The notes under the pieces: generated by a model
What the model saw: the letters and a program-made list of their open reading frames with translations, nothing else
Databases searched by the model: none
What the model was told of the DNA's origin: nothing
Assembly: GCA_963662435.1 (NCBI GenBank)
Contig: OY759598.1
Coordinates: 3,194,507-3,258,506, forward strand
Length of the DNA: 64,000 nucleotides
Direction: 5' to 3'
DNA from: Dehalococcoidia bacterium
GTDB lineage: Bacteria > Chloroflexota > Dehalococcoidia > Lucifugimonadales > VXLM01
Shown: positions 28,144 to 39,062 of the stretch, piece by piece
Numbering within the stretch: position 1 is the first letter of the stretch
How the letters are laid out: the number at the start of each line of letters is the position of its first letter
Made by a program: the position numbers and the translations under genes

Positions 28144-30570
28144 ATGCCAAAGCCAATAGCGATGGCCGTGTTGGGCGGGATGCTCATTGCCACGATGCTG
28201 ACCGGATGTTCCGATGAGCCAAGTCCCACCCCGTCGGCTATGACGGTTCCCAGTCCCACTTCCGCAGAAGGTCCCCCGCCGACATACACACCACCTCCGG
28301 TTCCGACGAGCGCACCGAAACCAACGGCGACTCCGAAGACGGCTCCAACGAACACCCCCGCGGCTACACCAACCGACACCCCTGTACCAGTGGCGACCAA
28401 CACCTCTACACCCGTAACGGCAGCCACACCAACTCCGGTTCCGACGAGCGCGCCAAAACTAACGGCGAATCCGACAACGGCTCCAACGAACACCCCCACA
28501 CCTACTCCAACCGACACCCCTGTACCAGTGGCGACCAACACCTCTACACCCATACCGACGGCCACTCCAACCCCGGTTCCGACGAGTGCGCCGGAACCAA
28601 CGGCGACTCCGACAACGGCTCCGACGAACACCCCTGTTTCAGCGCCGACCAACACCTCTACGCCCGTACCATCCGCCACGATGTCCCCGGTGCCCGCCGA
28701 GTCGGGTGTCGCCGCCTACGCCCAGGTATGTCAGGTGGCAGTCTCGGCGGTGCTGAACGACATGACTGTGCTCGGTGAGGACGAAGACTTCACTTGGGGC
28801 AATTTCGCGGAGATACTCGACGCTCTGCTGGGCACCTATGGTGAGCTCAGCCCGCCGGAGGAGCTTCAGCAGTACCACGACGCCAGCCTGCGCGCTACCG
28901 AAGCCCTTCGGGACCAAGCCCGGACCCGTTCCAGCGCAGATTCATTCATCGAGGAGTTCCTGGGGGTTGCCTTCGAGTTGCTCGGGGTAGCGTTGGAGAT
29001 CGGGTTAGATACGACCAAGACCGACGCGGAAAAGCAAGGGCTGATAGAAGCAAGAGAGCTAGAGATCCTCGGCGAATTCTTCGGTCCCGATTTCGTCGCG
29101 GCGTCCCAAGCTGTTGATGAGGTCCGAGAGGCGCTTCCGGAGGAGACGCTGGCGCTCCTGGATGACGCCGGCTGCTATTCCGACATTACCGCACTGGGAG
29201 AAGATGAGGAGACGGCTGCCACGACTGCGCCTGCTGACGAGCACGGCGACGTTCAGTTCAAGGAGCCGGAGAATCTGCTGGGCACGTTCTCTCCCGGTGA
29301 GAGCGTCCGCATCGGCGACTACGAAGTGGAAGTGACGGATGCCTACCCGGGCAACGACTATCAGGGCGAAGATTCACTCACCGTGCGAGCGCTGGTTCGC
29401 AATGCCAGCGACAACGTCTTACCGAAGCCGCCGGACTGCGACGTACACACGGCCCTTGAGGATGGGGAAGGCCTGCGGTACGGAAGAAGTTCCTGCGGCT
29501 GGTCGGGAAACTCAGGCGACGCTTTCTCTCCCGGCGCGGAGGTTGACTACTTCGTGGAATACGAAGCCCCGTCTGAGAACGCAGCGGGGCTGCAATGGGT
29601 CTTTTCCGACGGCGAGACGGGGGCTTTCTTCGATCTGTCGCCACTCCTTCTCTTTCACGCAAGAGTCCTAGAGGCCCTGGTTGCCCTCTACAACGCCACG
29701 GATGGACCGAACTGGGAATCAACCAGTCTGGATTGGGCACCCGACCAAGGCTGGCTCAACTACGCTTCGCTCTACGAAGGCTACTGGCCCGGTGTAGGGG
29801 TCAGCGACAACCGCGTGATCCAGCTGAACCTCGATGACAATGGGTTGAGCGGACCTATACCGCCGGAACTGGGCAACCTCGTCAACCTGCAGACGCTGGA
29901 CCTCAGCGACAACCAGTTGAGCGGACCTATACCGCCGGAACTGGGCAACCTCGTCAACCTGCAGACGCTGAACCTCAGCGGCAACCAGTTGAGCGGGTGC
30001 ATACCCGCTGAATTGCGAGATGTGCCGTATAACGACCTCGACCAACTCGGTTTACAGTTCTGCGACGCTACAGCAACACAGGCTGCCACGCCGACGCAGG
30101 AGTTGACCCAACTCACCGACGACTCCGCGTCGGAATGGGGTCCCGTATGGTCTCCCGACGGAGGCGGGTTCGCGTTCAGCTCCGACCGAGACGGGGATTA
30201 TGAGATATACAAGATGAGCGCCGATGGCTCCGGCGTCACCCAACTCACCGACGACTCCGCGTCGGATGCGGCTCCCGCATGGTCTCCTGACGGAAGCAGG
30301 ATCACGTTCCACACCGACCGAGACGGGGATTATGAGATATACGTGATGAACGCTGACGGCTCCGGCGTCATCAAACTCACCGACAACTCCGCGTGGGCAG
30401 GGGAGGCTGCATGGTCTCCTGACGGAAGCAGGATCGCGTTCCACTCCGACCGCGATGGGGACTACGAAATATACGTGATGGCCATCGCGCCTGAGATCGA
30501 GGCCCCAACGCCTACCCCCACGGCGGCCCCTGCTCTCGCCACAGTCCTTACGGGGATTTCAAGCCCCTGA
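28144..30570 (+). CDS. Lipoprotein with Pro/Thr repeat stalk, DUF4352-like Ig domain, short LRR array and PD40/TolB-like repeats
   Basis: Lipobox LTGC, PTNTP repeats, LSGPIPPELGNLVNL x2 and three WSPDG..F..DRDGDYEIY units. Confidence 0.9.
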   Translation: MPKPIAMAVLGGMLIATMLTGCSDEPSPTPSAMTVPSPTSAEGPPPTYTPPPVPTSAPKPTATPKTAPTNTPAATPTDTPVPVATNTSTPVTAATPTPVPTSAPKLTANPTTAPTNTPTPTPTDTPVPVATNTSTPIPTATPTPVPTSAPEPTATPTTAPTNTPVSAPTNTSTPVPSATMSPVPAESGVAAYAQVCQVAVSAVLNDMTVLGEDEDFTWGNFAEILDALLGTYGELSPPEELQQYHDASLRATEALRDQARTRSSADSFIEEFLGVAFELLGVALEIGLDTTKTDAEKQGLIEARELEILGEFFGPDFVAASQAVDEVREALPEETLALLDDAGCYSDITALGEDEETAATTAPADEHGDVQFKEPENLLGTFSPGESVRIGDYEVEVTDAYPGNDYQGEDSLTVRALVRNASDNVLPKPPDCDVHTALEDGEGLRYGRSSCGWSGNSGDAFSPGAEVDYFVEYEAPSENAAGLQWVFSDGETGAFFDLSPLLLFHARVLEALVALYNATDGPNWESTSLDWAPDQGWLNYASLYEGYWPGVGVSDNRVIQLNLDDNGLSGPIPPELGNLVNLQTLDLSDNQLSGPIPPELGNLVNLQTLNLSGNQLSGCIPAELRDVPYNDLDQLGLQFCDATATQAATPTQELTQLTDDSASEWGPVWSPDGGGFAFSSDRDGDYEIYKMSADGSGVTQLTDDSASDAAPAWSPDGSRITFHTDRDGDYEIYVMNADGSGVIKLTDNSAWAGEAAWSPDGSRIAFHSDRDGDYEIYVMAIAPEIEAPTPTPTAAPALATVLTGISSP

Positions 30571-30611
30571 GCAATCATGGCGGTGGTGGCATGGGTGAAG
30601 GCTGTGACTAC

Positions 30612-30930
30612 CTACTCCCCATTCGGCATTAGGAAGCCGAATCGGGGCTCAGTAAATATGTAGGTGGGGTTGCCGGCGTCGTCACCCGGCTTGCGGTGGA
30701 GCTTGCTTACCATGGTGCGCATGGGTCGCACGTTGCCGTCGCCCCTCTCCCGCCAGACCCGTTCCAACAGGTGCTCGTGGGTTGCCACTCGTCCGGCGTG
30801 GGCTGAGAGCTCCGCCAGCATCCCGTACTCCGTCGGGGTCAAATGCACCCGGCGACCGGCCAGTGTAACCCTACGCTGAGCGTAGTCAATTGTCAGATCG
30901 CCCAGCACGTAGGGCTCCGACGGCTCGGCG
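30612..30930 (-). pseudogene. Isolated OmpR/KdpE-type winged-helix DNA-binding domain (truncated relative of 33073-35463)
   Basis: EPYVLGDLTIDYAQRRVTLAG...LTPTEY...YIFTEPRFGF, with no receiver domain upstream. Confidence 0.75.
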
Positions 30931-31371
30931 GTCACCCGACCCCCCCGAGTCCTTCTGCCTTTGCCGCGTGGAGCGGGTAGAGACTGGCGGGAGCTCCCCG
31001 GCCAATCCGCTCCCTCAGGTAACTGGCCGGAAGGATTCATCACCGTGCCCGAACTGAATTAGGTTTCCAGCGACAAGATACACTCTATCAGCGCCGGTTC
31101 CATCACCACGAGGACAGCCTTCATGGAGTCTCTGGGGCTTCCCTGGTAAGTCCTTGCCAGGGACAGCAACGAATTACTCGATGCCGCGAATAGGGAAGCG
31201 GAACGGCACCGTAACCGCCTCACAGACTGAGGGACTGCCTCCAGGCTCAGATCGCCGTTCGCAACTCGAAGACCGTTCTGTCTAAAATAGACCCTGGTCC
31301 ACCAGGCGCCTGCGCCCTCGTGCAGGACGCCCGCTCAAAAGACGGAGGGTGGCGTGAAGGGAACCGCGCAT

Positions 31372-32739
31372 ATGAGTACCAGGCGAGTCGTCATAGTTGG
31401 TGGAGGCTTCGCCGGGCTCAGCGCCGCCTACACCCTGATGAAGCGGGGCATCACCCCCCTTCTGCTCGAAGCTCAGGATCGTGCGGGAGGACGCGGCAAG
31501 GGCGAGAGGGTGGACGGGTTTTCTCTGGACATGGGAGCATTCGTCTTCACCTCCACCTACGACACCGCATTCCGGTATTGCGAAGAGTTGGGACTGCCGC
31601 TAATCCCTTCAACAATGAAATTCGGCCACTTCCGCAATGGGCGGTGGGTTACCACGACGCCGGACCAATCGCTCTGGAATTTCTTACGACACCTGCGTAC
31701 GGCCTCCACCATGGGATTCCTCTCACCTTCAGGGATGCGGTCCAGTTTCAAGGTCATGCGGCAGATCCATCGTCAGGCGGAATACATGAGTTTCGCCGGC
31801 GACAGCCCTCTCGCCGAAATAGACGACGACGAGTCCTTCGGCGACTACATGGAACGGCTCGGCGTGCCTGAGAACCTTCAGGTGACACTCAGGGGACCTC
31901 TGGAAATGATTTTGGGCGATCCAGGTCCAGCAGGCCAGGCTCTGATGCGGGCATACATCGGAGAAACGATGCTGCACTCCGGAAGAGTCTCCATGCCCGA
32001 GCGAGGTATCGGCTCACTGAGCGAAGCGCTTGCCACCGCCTGCTCCGATGCGATTCGCGTATCGACCCCCGTCAGGAGAATCGTCATCACAGACGGGAAG
32101 GCGACCGGCGTAGTCGTGGACGGCGAGACTATCGAGGCGGACGCCGTAATCTGCGCCGTCCCCGGCACCAAGGTCCCGGGTCTTATTCCCGAACTTCCGG
32201 AAGAGACTCGTCGCGCCCTCAGCAACGTCAGCTACTCAACCGGCTGCCGGGTGGTCATCGGTCTCGACCACTCTCCGCTCCCTCCCGGCTGGCATGGCGC
32301 GCTCTACCCCGAGGATGACGACACCCCGCTCCTGCTGGACCGGTCCGCCTTCCTGCCATCCTGCGCGCCTCCGGGCAAGAGCATTCTCGATCTGCTCATC
32401 GGGCGCGACCGCGCCAGGGAACTCATCCCCCTCGACGACGATGAGATAAAGCGCCAACTGCTGGCCGCCGCTCGACGGAATGCGCCGCCAGGATCTACCC
32501 TTCCCAACGACGACGAGGGGCTGTTCTACCGCGTGTACCGCTGGGAAGAGGCCCTGTGCATGGGCACGCCGGGGATGCTGGCCGCGGTGGCGAAGATCCC
32601 CGGGCAGCTCGCGGGGCGCATCGACAACCTGGTCTTGGCGGGCGATTACATGCGCGTGCCGTCGGTCAATGGTGCCCTCTCCAGCGGCCAAAGCGCCGCA
32701 ATCGACGTCGCAGACCTGTTGGCGTCTCGCAACAACTAG
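31372..32739 (+). CDS. FAD-dependent oxidoreductase (flavin amine oxidase / HemY-like)
   Basis: VVIVGGGFAGLSAA...LEAQDRAGGR, DMGA, LAGDY...GALSSG. Confidence 0.88.
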   Translation: MSTRRVVIVGGGFAGLSAAYTLMKRGITPLLLEAQDRAGGRGKGERVDGFSLDMGAFVFTSTYDTAFRYCEELGLPLIPSTMKFGHFRNGRWVTTTPDQSLWNFLRHLRTASTMGFLSPSGMRSSFKVMRQIHRQAEYMSFAGDSPLAEIDDDESFGDYMERLGVPENLQVTLRGPLEMILGDPGPAGQALMRAYIGETMLHSGRVSMPERGIGSLSEALATACSDAIRVSTPVRRIVITDGKATGVVVDGETIEADAVICAVPGTKVPGLIPELPEETRRALSNVSYSTGCRVVIGLDHSPLPPGWHGALYPEDDDTPLLLDRSAFLPSCAPPGKSILDLLIGRDRARELIPLDDDEIKRQLLAAARRNAPPGSTLPNDDEGLFYRVYRWEEALCMGTPGMLAAVAKIPGQLAGRIDNLVLAGDYMRVPSVNGALSSGQSAAIDVADLLASRNN

Positions 32740-33072
32740 GCAGGGCGTCTTGCCGAGTCCGGGTCACAGACACCCATCCCCCACCACTCTACGACAGAAT
32801 TCAAAGTCTTCACGCATGGGGCGACTCTGGATACGATACAAGTCCTCGCCTCTTCCCCTTATTGCGGCACACGCTCACAAGTGCCTCTAAAGGCTCGCCG
32901 GTTCTAAAGGGGTCAAGCAGAATACCAGCACACGTGTGGGTCGCTAGTCACATGGCGTTCGGTCTCCGACGGATATGCACTGAGGCCATATGCGATTCGT
33001 TTGAGTCTATAGCACGATTCCGGCGAAGTGCGCGAAGTCCCGCCGATAGTACGCTTCCTATGAGGATCTGAA

Positions 33073-35463
33073 CTAGGCCGACATCTCGGGCTTTGCCATT
33101 CGATAGCCGACGCGATGCTCGGTGAATATGTACCTTGGGCTTCTTGCGTCGTCGTTCAACTTGCGGCGGAGAGACTTGATGAATGCACGCAGGACCTGTG
33201 AATCGCCGGAATTCGGGGCACTCCACACTCGTTCGATAAGCTGCTCGTGTGTCAGCACACGTCCAGAATTAATGGAGAGCTCGAATAGCAGGCTATACTC
33301 GGTAGCCGTGAGATATACGGGACTTCCAGCAACTCGAACACGACGTTCAGCGTAAGCGATTTCAAGGTCACCGAGCACATAAGGTTCGAGAGCGTGAGTG
33401 CGGTCGGAAGCGGCCTTCTTCCGTAGTGCCGCCGTGATTCTAGCCACGAGTTCGGACGGCGAGAATGGCTTGACGATGAAATCGGAGGCACCAAGATCCA
33501 TGACCTCCTCTATCACCCGGTCCCTGTTGTATTCGGATAAGTAGATGACAGGCACGTCGGTGATCGCGGTAATGCTCTTCATATTCTCGAAATCGTTTGT
33601 CCCGGAAAGTGCATGATCAAGAATGACAATCGAAGGTTTTTCCTCCCTGATGAGGCGGTTCACCACATCGGGGCTCCTTGTCGTGAGCGGAACGTAGCCC
33701 GCTCCTGAGAGAGTGTCTCGTACATACCTTAGAAACAGCGGGTCATCGACGATCGCGAGAATTCGCTCCTGCTGACCTTCCGCCTGTGTCTCGCGAGGAG
33801 GAATCTCAGAAGGGGGCGTAGCTATGACCCTCGAAGTCTCCGAAGCCTCAGGAATGGCAACAGTGATCCTGGAGCTCGATTCGCTGATTTCGCCCGATAT
33901 ACGGCCACCATGCGCCTCCACTATCCCTCTGCTGATAGCAAGGCCTAGCCCTGCCCCATGAATACCCGTCACTTCCGCATCAGCCATCCATGAGCAAATC
34001 TGAGACTGTAGAGGCAGATGTTCCACCGATTCGCAGTTCCCTTTGTATGTGACCGAGACCGCCACTTCTGCGCCCATGTGCGACGCTGCCACGAGAATAG
34101 TTGCTTCCTCGTGAGAATTCTTCGACGCATTGGAAAGGAGATTGTGTAGGACCTGCAGGATGCGAGTCCGATCCGCCATCACCAAGGGCAACTCGGAAGG
34201 GCAGTCAATTGCTATATCGTACTTGTGCCCGGTGCTCAGAAAAGCATCCTTAGCCTCGAAAATGAGGCTGGCCAAGTCTGTGGGTTCGGGAATGATCGAT
34301 AGCGTCCCTGCCTCGATGCGTGTCACATCGAGAAGATCGCTGATTCGTTCGCGAATGTGATCGGTCTGCTCATCGATGATGCGAAAGAACTGGCGAGTTT
34401 CGGTTGAATCGAGAGGGTAAGGAGATTCAAGTACGGTTGTCGTGGAGCCCTTGATCGCGGTTAGTGGCGCTCGCAACTCCCTATTTAGAATGCCCAGGAA
34501 CTCGGCTCGTATCCGCTCCAACTCGTGCAGTCGCGTAATGTCTTGCATGGAGACTACCACGGACACAATTTCTCCACCGTCCGAGTAGATGGGTCTCGCA
34601 TTTACCAGGGTGGTAACAGTGCGTCCGTTGGGCAGAGAGACGGAAATCTTCTCTTCACGCACAGTTTCTCCGCTCTTCAGTACCCGACCTAGAGGCAGTT
34701 CGGCAACGCGGAACTCGCGCCCGTCCGCTCGACGAAACGTCATTTCGCCTATGAGTTGCTCAAATGAAGCACAGTTCCCGCCCATACTTTCGACTATGCG
34801 TTTAGTCTCTTCGTTGAGTGACAACACGTTTCCGGTGTTGGCATCGAATATCAGAAGTGCCAATGGCGAGGTATCGAGTAGTGTTTCAAGGTCGGACTTG
34901 GCGCGCTGTTCAGCCTTGAATTTGAGGGCGTTGGAAATGACCATCGCCGCCTGGGAGGCGAACATTGCGATGGTATCTTCGTCATCTAAGCTGAATTCCT
35001 GAGCGTTCTCCTTCTCGGTAACATAGATGCTTCCATATAGCACGTCTTGATGCCAGATGGGCATACCCATGAAAGATTCCATTATCGGGTGGTTGTCGGG
35101 GAACCCCACAGCCGTAGTGTGATCGGTAAGGTCTCGGAGCCTCAGAGGTTCACGACTTTCCCGCAAATGTCCTAGGAGCCCAACCGCCTTGGGCCAACTT
35201 CCGATACACTGTTGTTCTCCAGGGCTCATGCCCGAAGTGACGAAGTCCCGCACACCTCCGCAACTGTCAAAAACCACAAGCGCCCCGTATCGTGCGTCGG
35301 TTAGGGAGCGTGCGCCCTCAACAACAGCCTGCAGGATGGTGTTCAGATCGAGGCTGGAGTTAATGAGAAGACTGGCATTACTCAGCTTCGAGAGTCTCTC
35401 TCGCAATTCTTCGCTTCTTTGAGTGGGTTCCCTGGCTTCCAGCAATGAATCACCTGTGAACAC
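33073..35463 (-). CDS. Hybrid GAF-PAS-kinase-receiver-winged-helix regulator with degenerate kinase motifs
   Basis: GAF (ARYGAL...SFMGMPI...FSLDDE), PAS, HisKA-like LNRELRAPL, HATPase (NLLSNA, GAGLGL), REC (VILD...KPFS) and an OmpR wHTH. Confidence 0.88.
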   Translation of the reverse strand: MFTGDSLLEAREPTQRSEELRERLSKLSNASLLINSSLDLNTILQAVVEGARSLTDARYGALVVFDSCGGVRDFVTSGMSPGEQQCIGSWPKAVGLLGHLRESREPLRLRDLTDHTTAVGFPDNHPIMESFMGMPIWHQDVLYGSIYVTEKENAQEFSLDDEDTIAMFASQAAMVISNALKFKAEQRAKSDLETLLDTSPLALLIFDANTGNVLSLNEETKRIVESMGGNCASFEQLIGEMTFRRADGREFRVAELPLGRVLKSGETVREEKISVSLPNGRTVTTLVNARPIYSDGGEIVSVVVSMQDITRLHELERIRAEFLGILNRELRAPLTAIKGSTTTVLESPYPLDSTETRQFFRIIDEQTDHIRERISDLLDVTRIEAGTLSIIPEPTDLASLIFEAKDAFLSTGHKYDIAIDCPSELPLVMADRTRILQVLHNLLSNASKNSHEEATILVAASHMGAEVAVSVTYKGNCESVEHLPLQSQICSWMADAEVTGIHGAGLGLAISRGIVEAHGGRISGEISESSSRITVAIPEASETSRVIATPPSEIPPRETQAEGQQERILAIVDDPLFLRYVRDTLSGAGYVPLTTRSPDVVNRLIREEKPSIVILDHALSGTNDFENMKSITAITDVPVIYLSEYNRDRVIEEVMDLGASDFIVKPFSPSELVARITAALRKKAASDRTHALEPYVLGDLEIAYAERRVRVAGSPVYLTATEYSLLFELSINSGRVLTHEQLIERVWSAPNSGDSQVLRAFIKSLRRKLNDDARSPRYIFTEHRVGYRMAKPEMSA

Positions 35464-36035
35464 GGAATAAATTCCCCGGCCGATTCAAACTTCTGGGATA
35501 CGACTTTGGCTCTGTAGGAACATGTCGACCACCTGACGACTATTGTCAAGCGACGGGCCGGATAACTTATGGGACGAAATCGTTGGGCACGTCCAAATTC
35601 GCACAGGTGGTTTATGGGAGAGTGAGTCTCATATCAACCATGTAGGCGCTTTTAACTCTTATCTGAGACCCTCAACGATTCCAATATTCCAACCTTACTC
35701 CGTGTTGTTTCCTAACGTTCCTTCAGATGGTCGGAGCAGCTACTTGGAGTGTGGCGGACTCTAGTTGTGCGGGCGCTGAAAGGGTGCTTGCGGCCCCATC
35801 CAATCACTTCGTTGAGTCCTAACGGACGTCCAAAACTCAGGACAAGAAAGCGGCATGGGCGTGATCCACTCGACCAGCCTGAGTCTCAACACCTCACGGT
35901 ACAACGTATCATTATAATTGCAACATACTTCAAGAGTGTCAATACCCAAGAGTCGGCGAAATGTCCCTCGTGCGCGACGTTGGACGCCCAAGACCAGGTA
36001 ATGGACGTGTGAGTGCGTCGTGAAGATATACTTCC

Positions 36036-38420
36036 CTACTTCGGCTTCAGGGTCAGCGTCTGTTTGGCATTCGCTCTCACTCGCTCGCTGTCCAGCGGGA
36101 GGTAGTGGTGCCTTCCCCCAAGCCATTCTGTGACCTGGTCGCCGTAGTGGGGACTGCCGGGATGGCCGGACTGTCCCGTGGCGTCTACCGCCCACAGGCC
36201 GGGCGGGTCATCTGCCAAGTCGGCGTTGTGTCGCCAGTTCGCGCCGATGGACGCGAGATAGTTCGGGTCGAAACCGGTGTTGCTGACGGTGATGCCGTTT
36301 CCACCCACCGGCTGGCCACCCCGCCGCAGGAGATCGGAAAGGTCCCCGCGATCTGCGAGCAGGTGGTTCAACGTGATCTTATGAACCCTGCCCCAACTCC
36401 ACCCCGACATGTCCGCACCTAGTCGCGCCGTCAACTCGTCGATGGCTCGCGACATACTGGTCAGGATGGCGTCCTCCCTGGAAGTGGACCGAATGTAGTC
36501 GTGTGGGTCGTCGGCGAGAAGTCGCACCGCGAACCCCGAGATGGCGTTGGAAATGAGCGACACATGGTCTCCGGAAAACCGCTCGGACGCAACGGCCGTC
36601 GTCCACTCCGAGAAGAAGAACTCGAAGATAGTTGCTCCCACCTCGTCCACGTCCATTCTGCAATTCCATTTTCTCAGGATACTAGCCGCTTCCAGCACTC
36701 TAGAATCTGAAGACAGACTCAGGGTCTGGACCAGGGCCGGAAGGGCCTCGACGGCGCGCATGGAGAGCGTGTCGGACTGCATCCGGGCAAAGTCCTCCCT
36801 GGAGAGTTGGTCCCTCTCCTCCAGCATCTGGCGGATGCGCAGAGCACGGTACCCGCTGCTCCAGGTACCGGATAGCGGATACGGGTAGTCCTCAGGCGCC
36901 GTCCGGTTGTTTGCCGATCGAGCATACCCTTCTACCGGATCGTACACGGCCGGCAGCGCGTCGTATGGGATTGTGCTCCCCCATTGATGGTTCGGGTCCC
37001 AGCCGGGTCGGTACTCACGATTCCACTGCTCACGGATGGGAATGCGCCCTACCGCTTGGTAGCCGATATGCCCCTCTATGTCGCCAAAGACGTAGCTCCA
37101 TGTGGGAACGATCCAGTCGCGTAGGGCCTCTTTGGCATCTGGGCAGTTCCCAGCAGCAGCCAGATCGAGCATGCAGGTGATCTCATCGCCAAAGCCGGTG
37201 CCGAGCCACTTGGCCGAGACCTTGTCGGAGGTACGCAACGCCTCTGGAAGAAGTGCGTCCACTATCGGGCCGTTGTGAGTCCTGGTAATCGTGATGTTTC
37301 GGGTTTCCTCACCCGCTACATCGATCTTGGCGCTCTCCTGTACGGCCGGAATCCACTCGTCTCCAGATCGGAAGTATCCGGGCCGGTCGGCGTCTTCCTG
37401 TTCCTGGTAGATGTCGCGCTGAGAGCAGATGTTGTTTGTAACACCCCACGCGAGTGTCTCATTTCTGCCGAAGACGATTCCCGGAACGCCCACGTAGCCG
37501 GCTCCCGCGGCGTTTATCTCCGGTCCGGACAGATGGACCTCAAACCAGCACGAGACTGCTCCAAACGCGATGTGCGGATCGCTGGCGACCATCGGTGCGC
37601 CGCTCGCGGACTTGTGCCCCGCGACGACCCAGTTGTTGCTGCCGAGACCCTCTTCTGGATCGCCGAGAACCTCACCTACAGGGACCTGACCCGCTCGCGT
37701 CGACTGATACGTACCTCTGGGAACGATGCTCTCGTCCTCAGCCTCACCGGTTATGAAATCGTCCAGCAAAGGCCCCTCGCCTAGGACCCGCTTTGCCAGT
37801 TCGGGAATAGCAATGATGGGCAGCCGGCCTGTGAGGTACCAACGGAACTCCTGCCAGATAGCGACCGAGTCCACCGCAGACCATTCCTCCGGCTCGTAGT
37901 CCAGCAGGTCGAACTCGATCGGCAGGTTGCTCCTGCTCTCCTCCATGAAGGCGTTTATGCCATCCGTATATGCCTCCAAACGAAGCCTGGTCTCCTCGGG
38001 AAACTTCCCGAAATTCGCCTCCGCCGTCCGTGTAAGGCCTATCGTGTGTGAAACAGTGTCGGTCTCGATGCCGCTGGGTCCGACAATCTCCGAGAGGCGG
38101 CCGTGAGCCTTTCGCCGATAATAGTCGAGCTGCCATAGCCGGTCCTGGGCTGTGGCGAACCCATAACCGAAGAAGAGGCTATCGTCGGTCTCGGCAAGAA
38201 TGTGCGACACACCCCACTCGTCCCGGACGATATCGACCGGCCCCGACAGGCCCGATACGGTCCGGGCTCCCTCCATTGAGGGAACGCGTGCAGCCGTCTG
38301 TTCCGTCCACCACTGATCGAATTCGGCTCTTGTCAGTCCGGCATCCTCGCAGATCGCTTGGATCGAGTCCCCCGCCCCGAGTCGGAGCAGCATGTCTTTG
38401 TCCGTGTAGTCCATGGTCAT
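36036..38420 (-). CDS. Penicillin acylase (Ntn-hydrolase S45) family protein
   Basis: RDEWGVSHI, AQDRLWQLD, GSNNWVV nucleophile site, DPH, GQSGHPGSPHYGDQ. Confidence 0.93.
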   Translation of the reverse strand: MTMDYTDKDMLLRLGAGDSIQAICEDAGLTRAEFDQWWTEQTAARVPSMEGARTVSGLSGPVDIVRDEWGVSHILAETDDSLFFGYGFATAQDRLWQLDYYRRKAHGRLSEIVGPSGIETDTVSHTIGLTRTAEANFGKFPEETRLRLEAYTDGINAFMEESRSNLPIEFDLLDYEPEEWSAVDSVAIWQEFRWYLTGRLPIIAIPELAKRVLGEGPLLDDFITGEAEDESIVPRGTYQSTRAGQVPVGEVLGDPEEGLGSNNWVVAGHKSASGAPMVASDPHIAFGAVSCWFEVHLSGPEINAAGAGYVGVPGIVFGRNETLAWGVTNNICSQRDIYQEQEDADRPGYFRSGDEWIPAVQESAKIDVAGEETRNITITRTHNGPIVDALLPEALRTSDKVSAKWLGTGFGDEITCMLDLAAAGNCPDAKEALRDWIVPTWSYVFGDIEGHIGYQAVGRIPIREQWNREYRPGWDPNHQWGSTIPYDALPAVYDPVEGYARSANNRTAPEDYPYPLSGTWSSGYRALRIRQMLEERDQLSREDFARMQSDTLSMRAVEALPALVQTLSLSSDSRVLEAASILRKWNCRMDVDEVGATIFEFFFSEWTTAVASERFSGDHVSLISNAISGFAVRLLADDPHDYIRSTSREDAILTSMSRAIDELTARLGADMSGWSWGRVHKITLNHLLADRGDLSDLLRRGGQPVGGNGITVSNTGFDPNYLASIGANWRHNADLADDPPGLWAVDATGQSGHPGSPHYGDQVTEWLGGRHHYLPLDSERVRANAKQTLTLKPK

Positions 38421-38479
38421 TCGCCTCTCGTTGAGTATTTCAGAATCTATGCGAAGTCGTCGTATGCTATACCATCTCT

Positions 38480-39030
38480 CCCCTCGACAAGCTCAGCACG
38501 AGCGGGACCGTACGCGATATCGTTCCCCCTGAGCATCGTTACGCCCCGCCTTTGGGGCCGTACCGGTCTGTCAGTAACGGGAGACACAAGTAAGAGAAAG
38601 CACGTTCGGCCTGAGCCTGTCGAAGGCTGAAGATGGCAGTGCATCGTCGCTGATATGAAGCTCTAACTTGATAGCCCGTCGAAGGGTACTTAACCGGCGA
38701 CAAGATAATTGCAAACCTCGCTGTAAGAGTGAAAGGCCGATAGAAATGTCCGAAAATGTCCGGAAATGTCAGGGTTTTTCCAAGGTCCCGGACTCTAGCC
38801 ACTCGTCCCTTACTCATCTTTCCCCGCTGGAGGATACGCAACCTCCAATCTCACCCCCACCGAGGGAGAGATACAGAGAGGGGGTTCCCCCAGTCACTTG
38901 AGAGCCTGTCGAAGGGTTATTCCCTGCCACCGAACTACCCCTAATTCTTCCCTCTGTGCTCTCTGTGTTCTCCGTGGTGAATCTTGGTCCTATATCAAGC
39001 AGTCACTTGAAAGCTTGTCAAAGGACAGGC
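38480..39030. repeat. Cluster of REP-like palindromic elements
   Basis: TCGACAAGCTCAGCACGAGCG (~38484), CCTGAGCCTGTCGAAGG (~38610) and decayed copies at ~38670, ~38900 and ~39010. The same motif occurs at ~52052 and ~62771. Confidence 0.7.
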
Positions 39031-39062
39031 TTTCGCAAGTCCATTTAGTCTGACTCGATCTC

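Noticed and set aside
35470..36030. Possible ncRNA or small gene in the AT-richer intergenic stretch
   Set aside because: No recognisable motif, convincing structure or credible ORF; only a TATAAT-like box.
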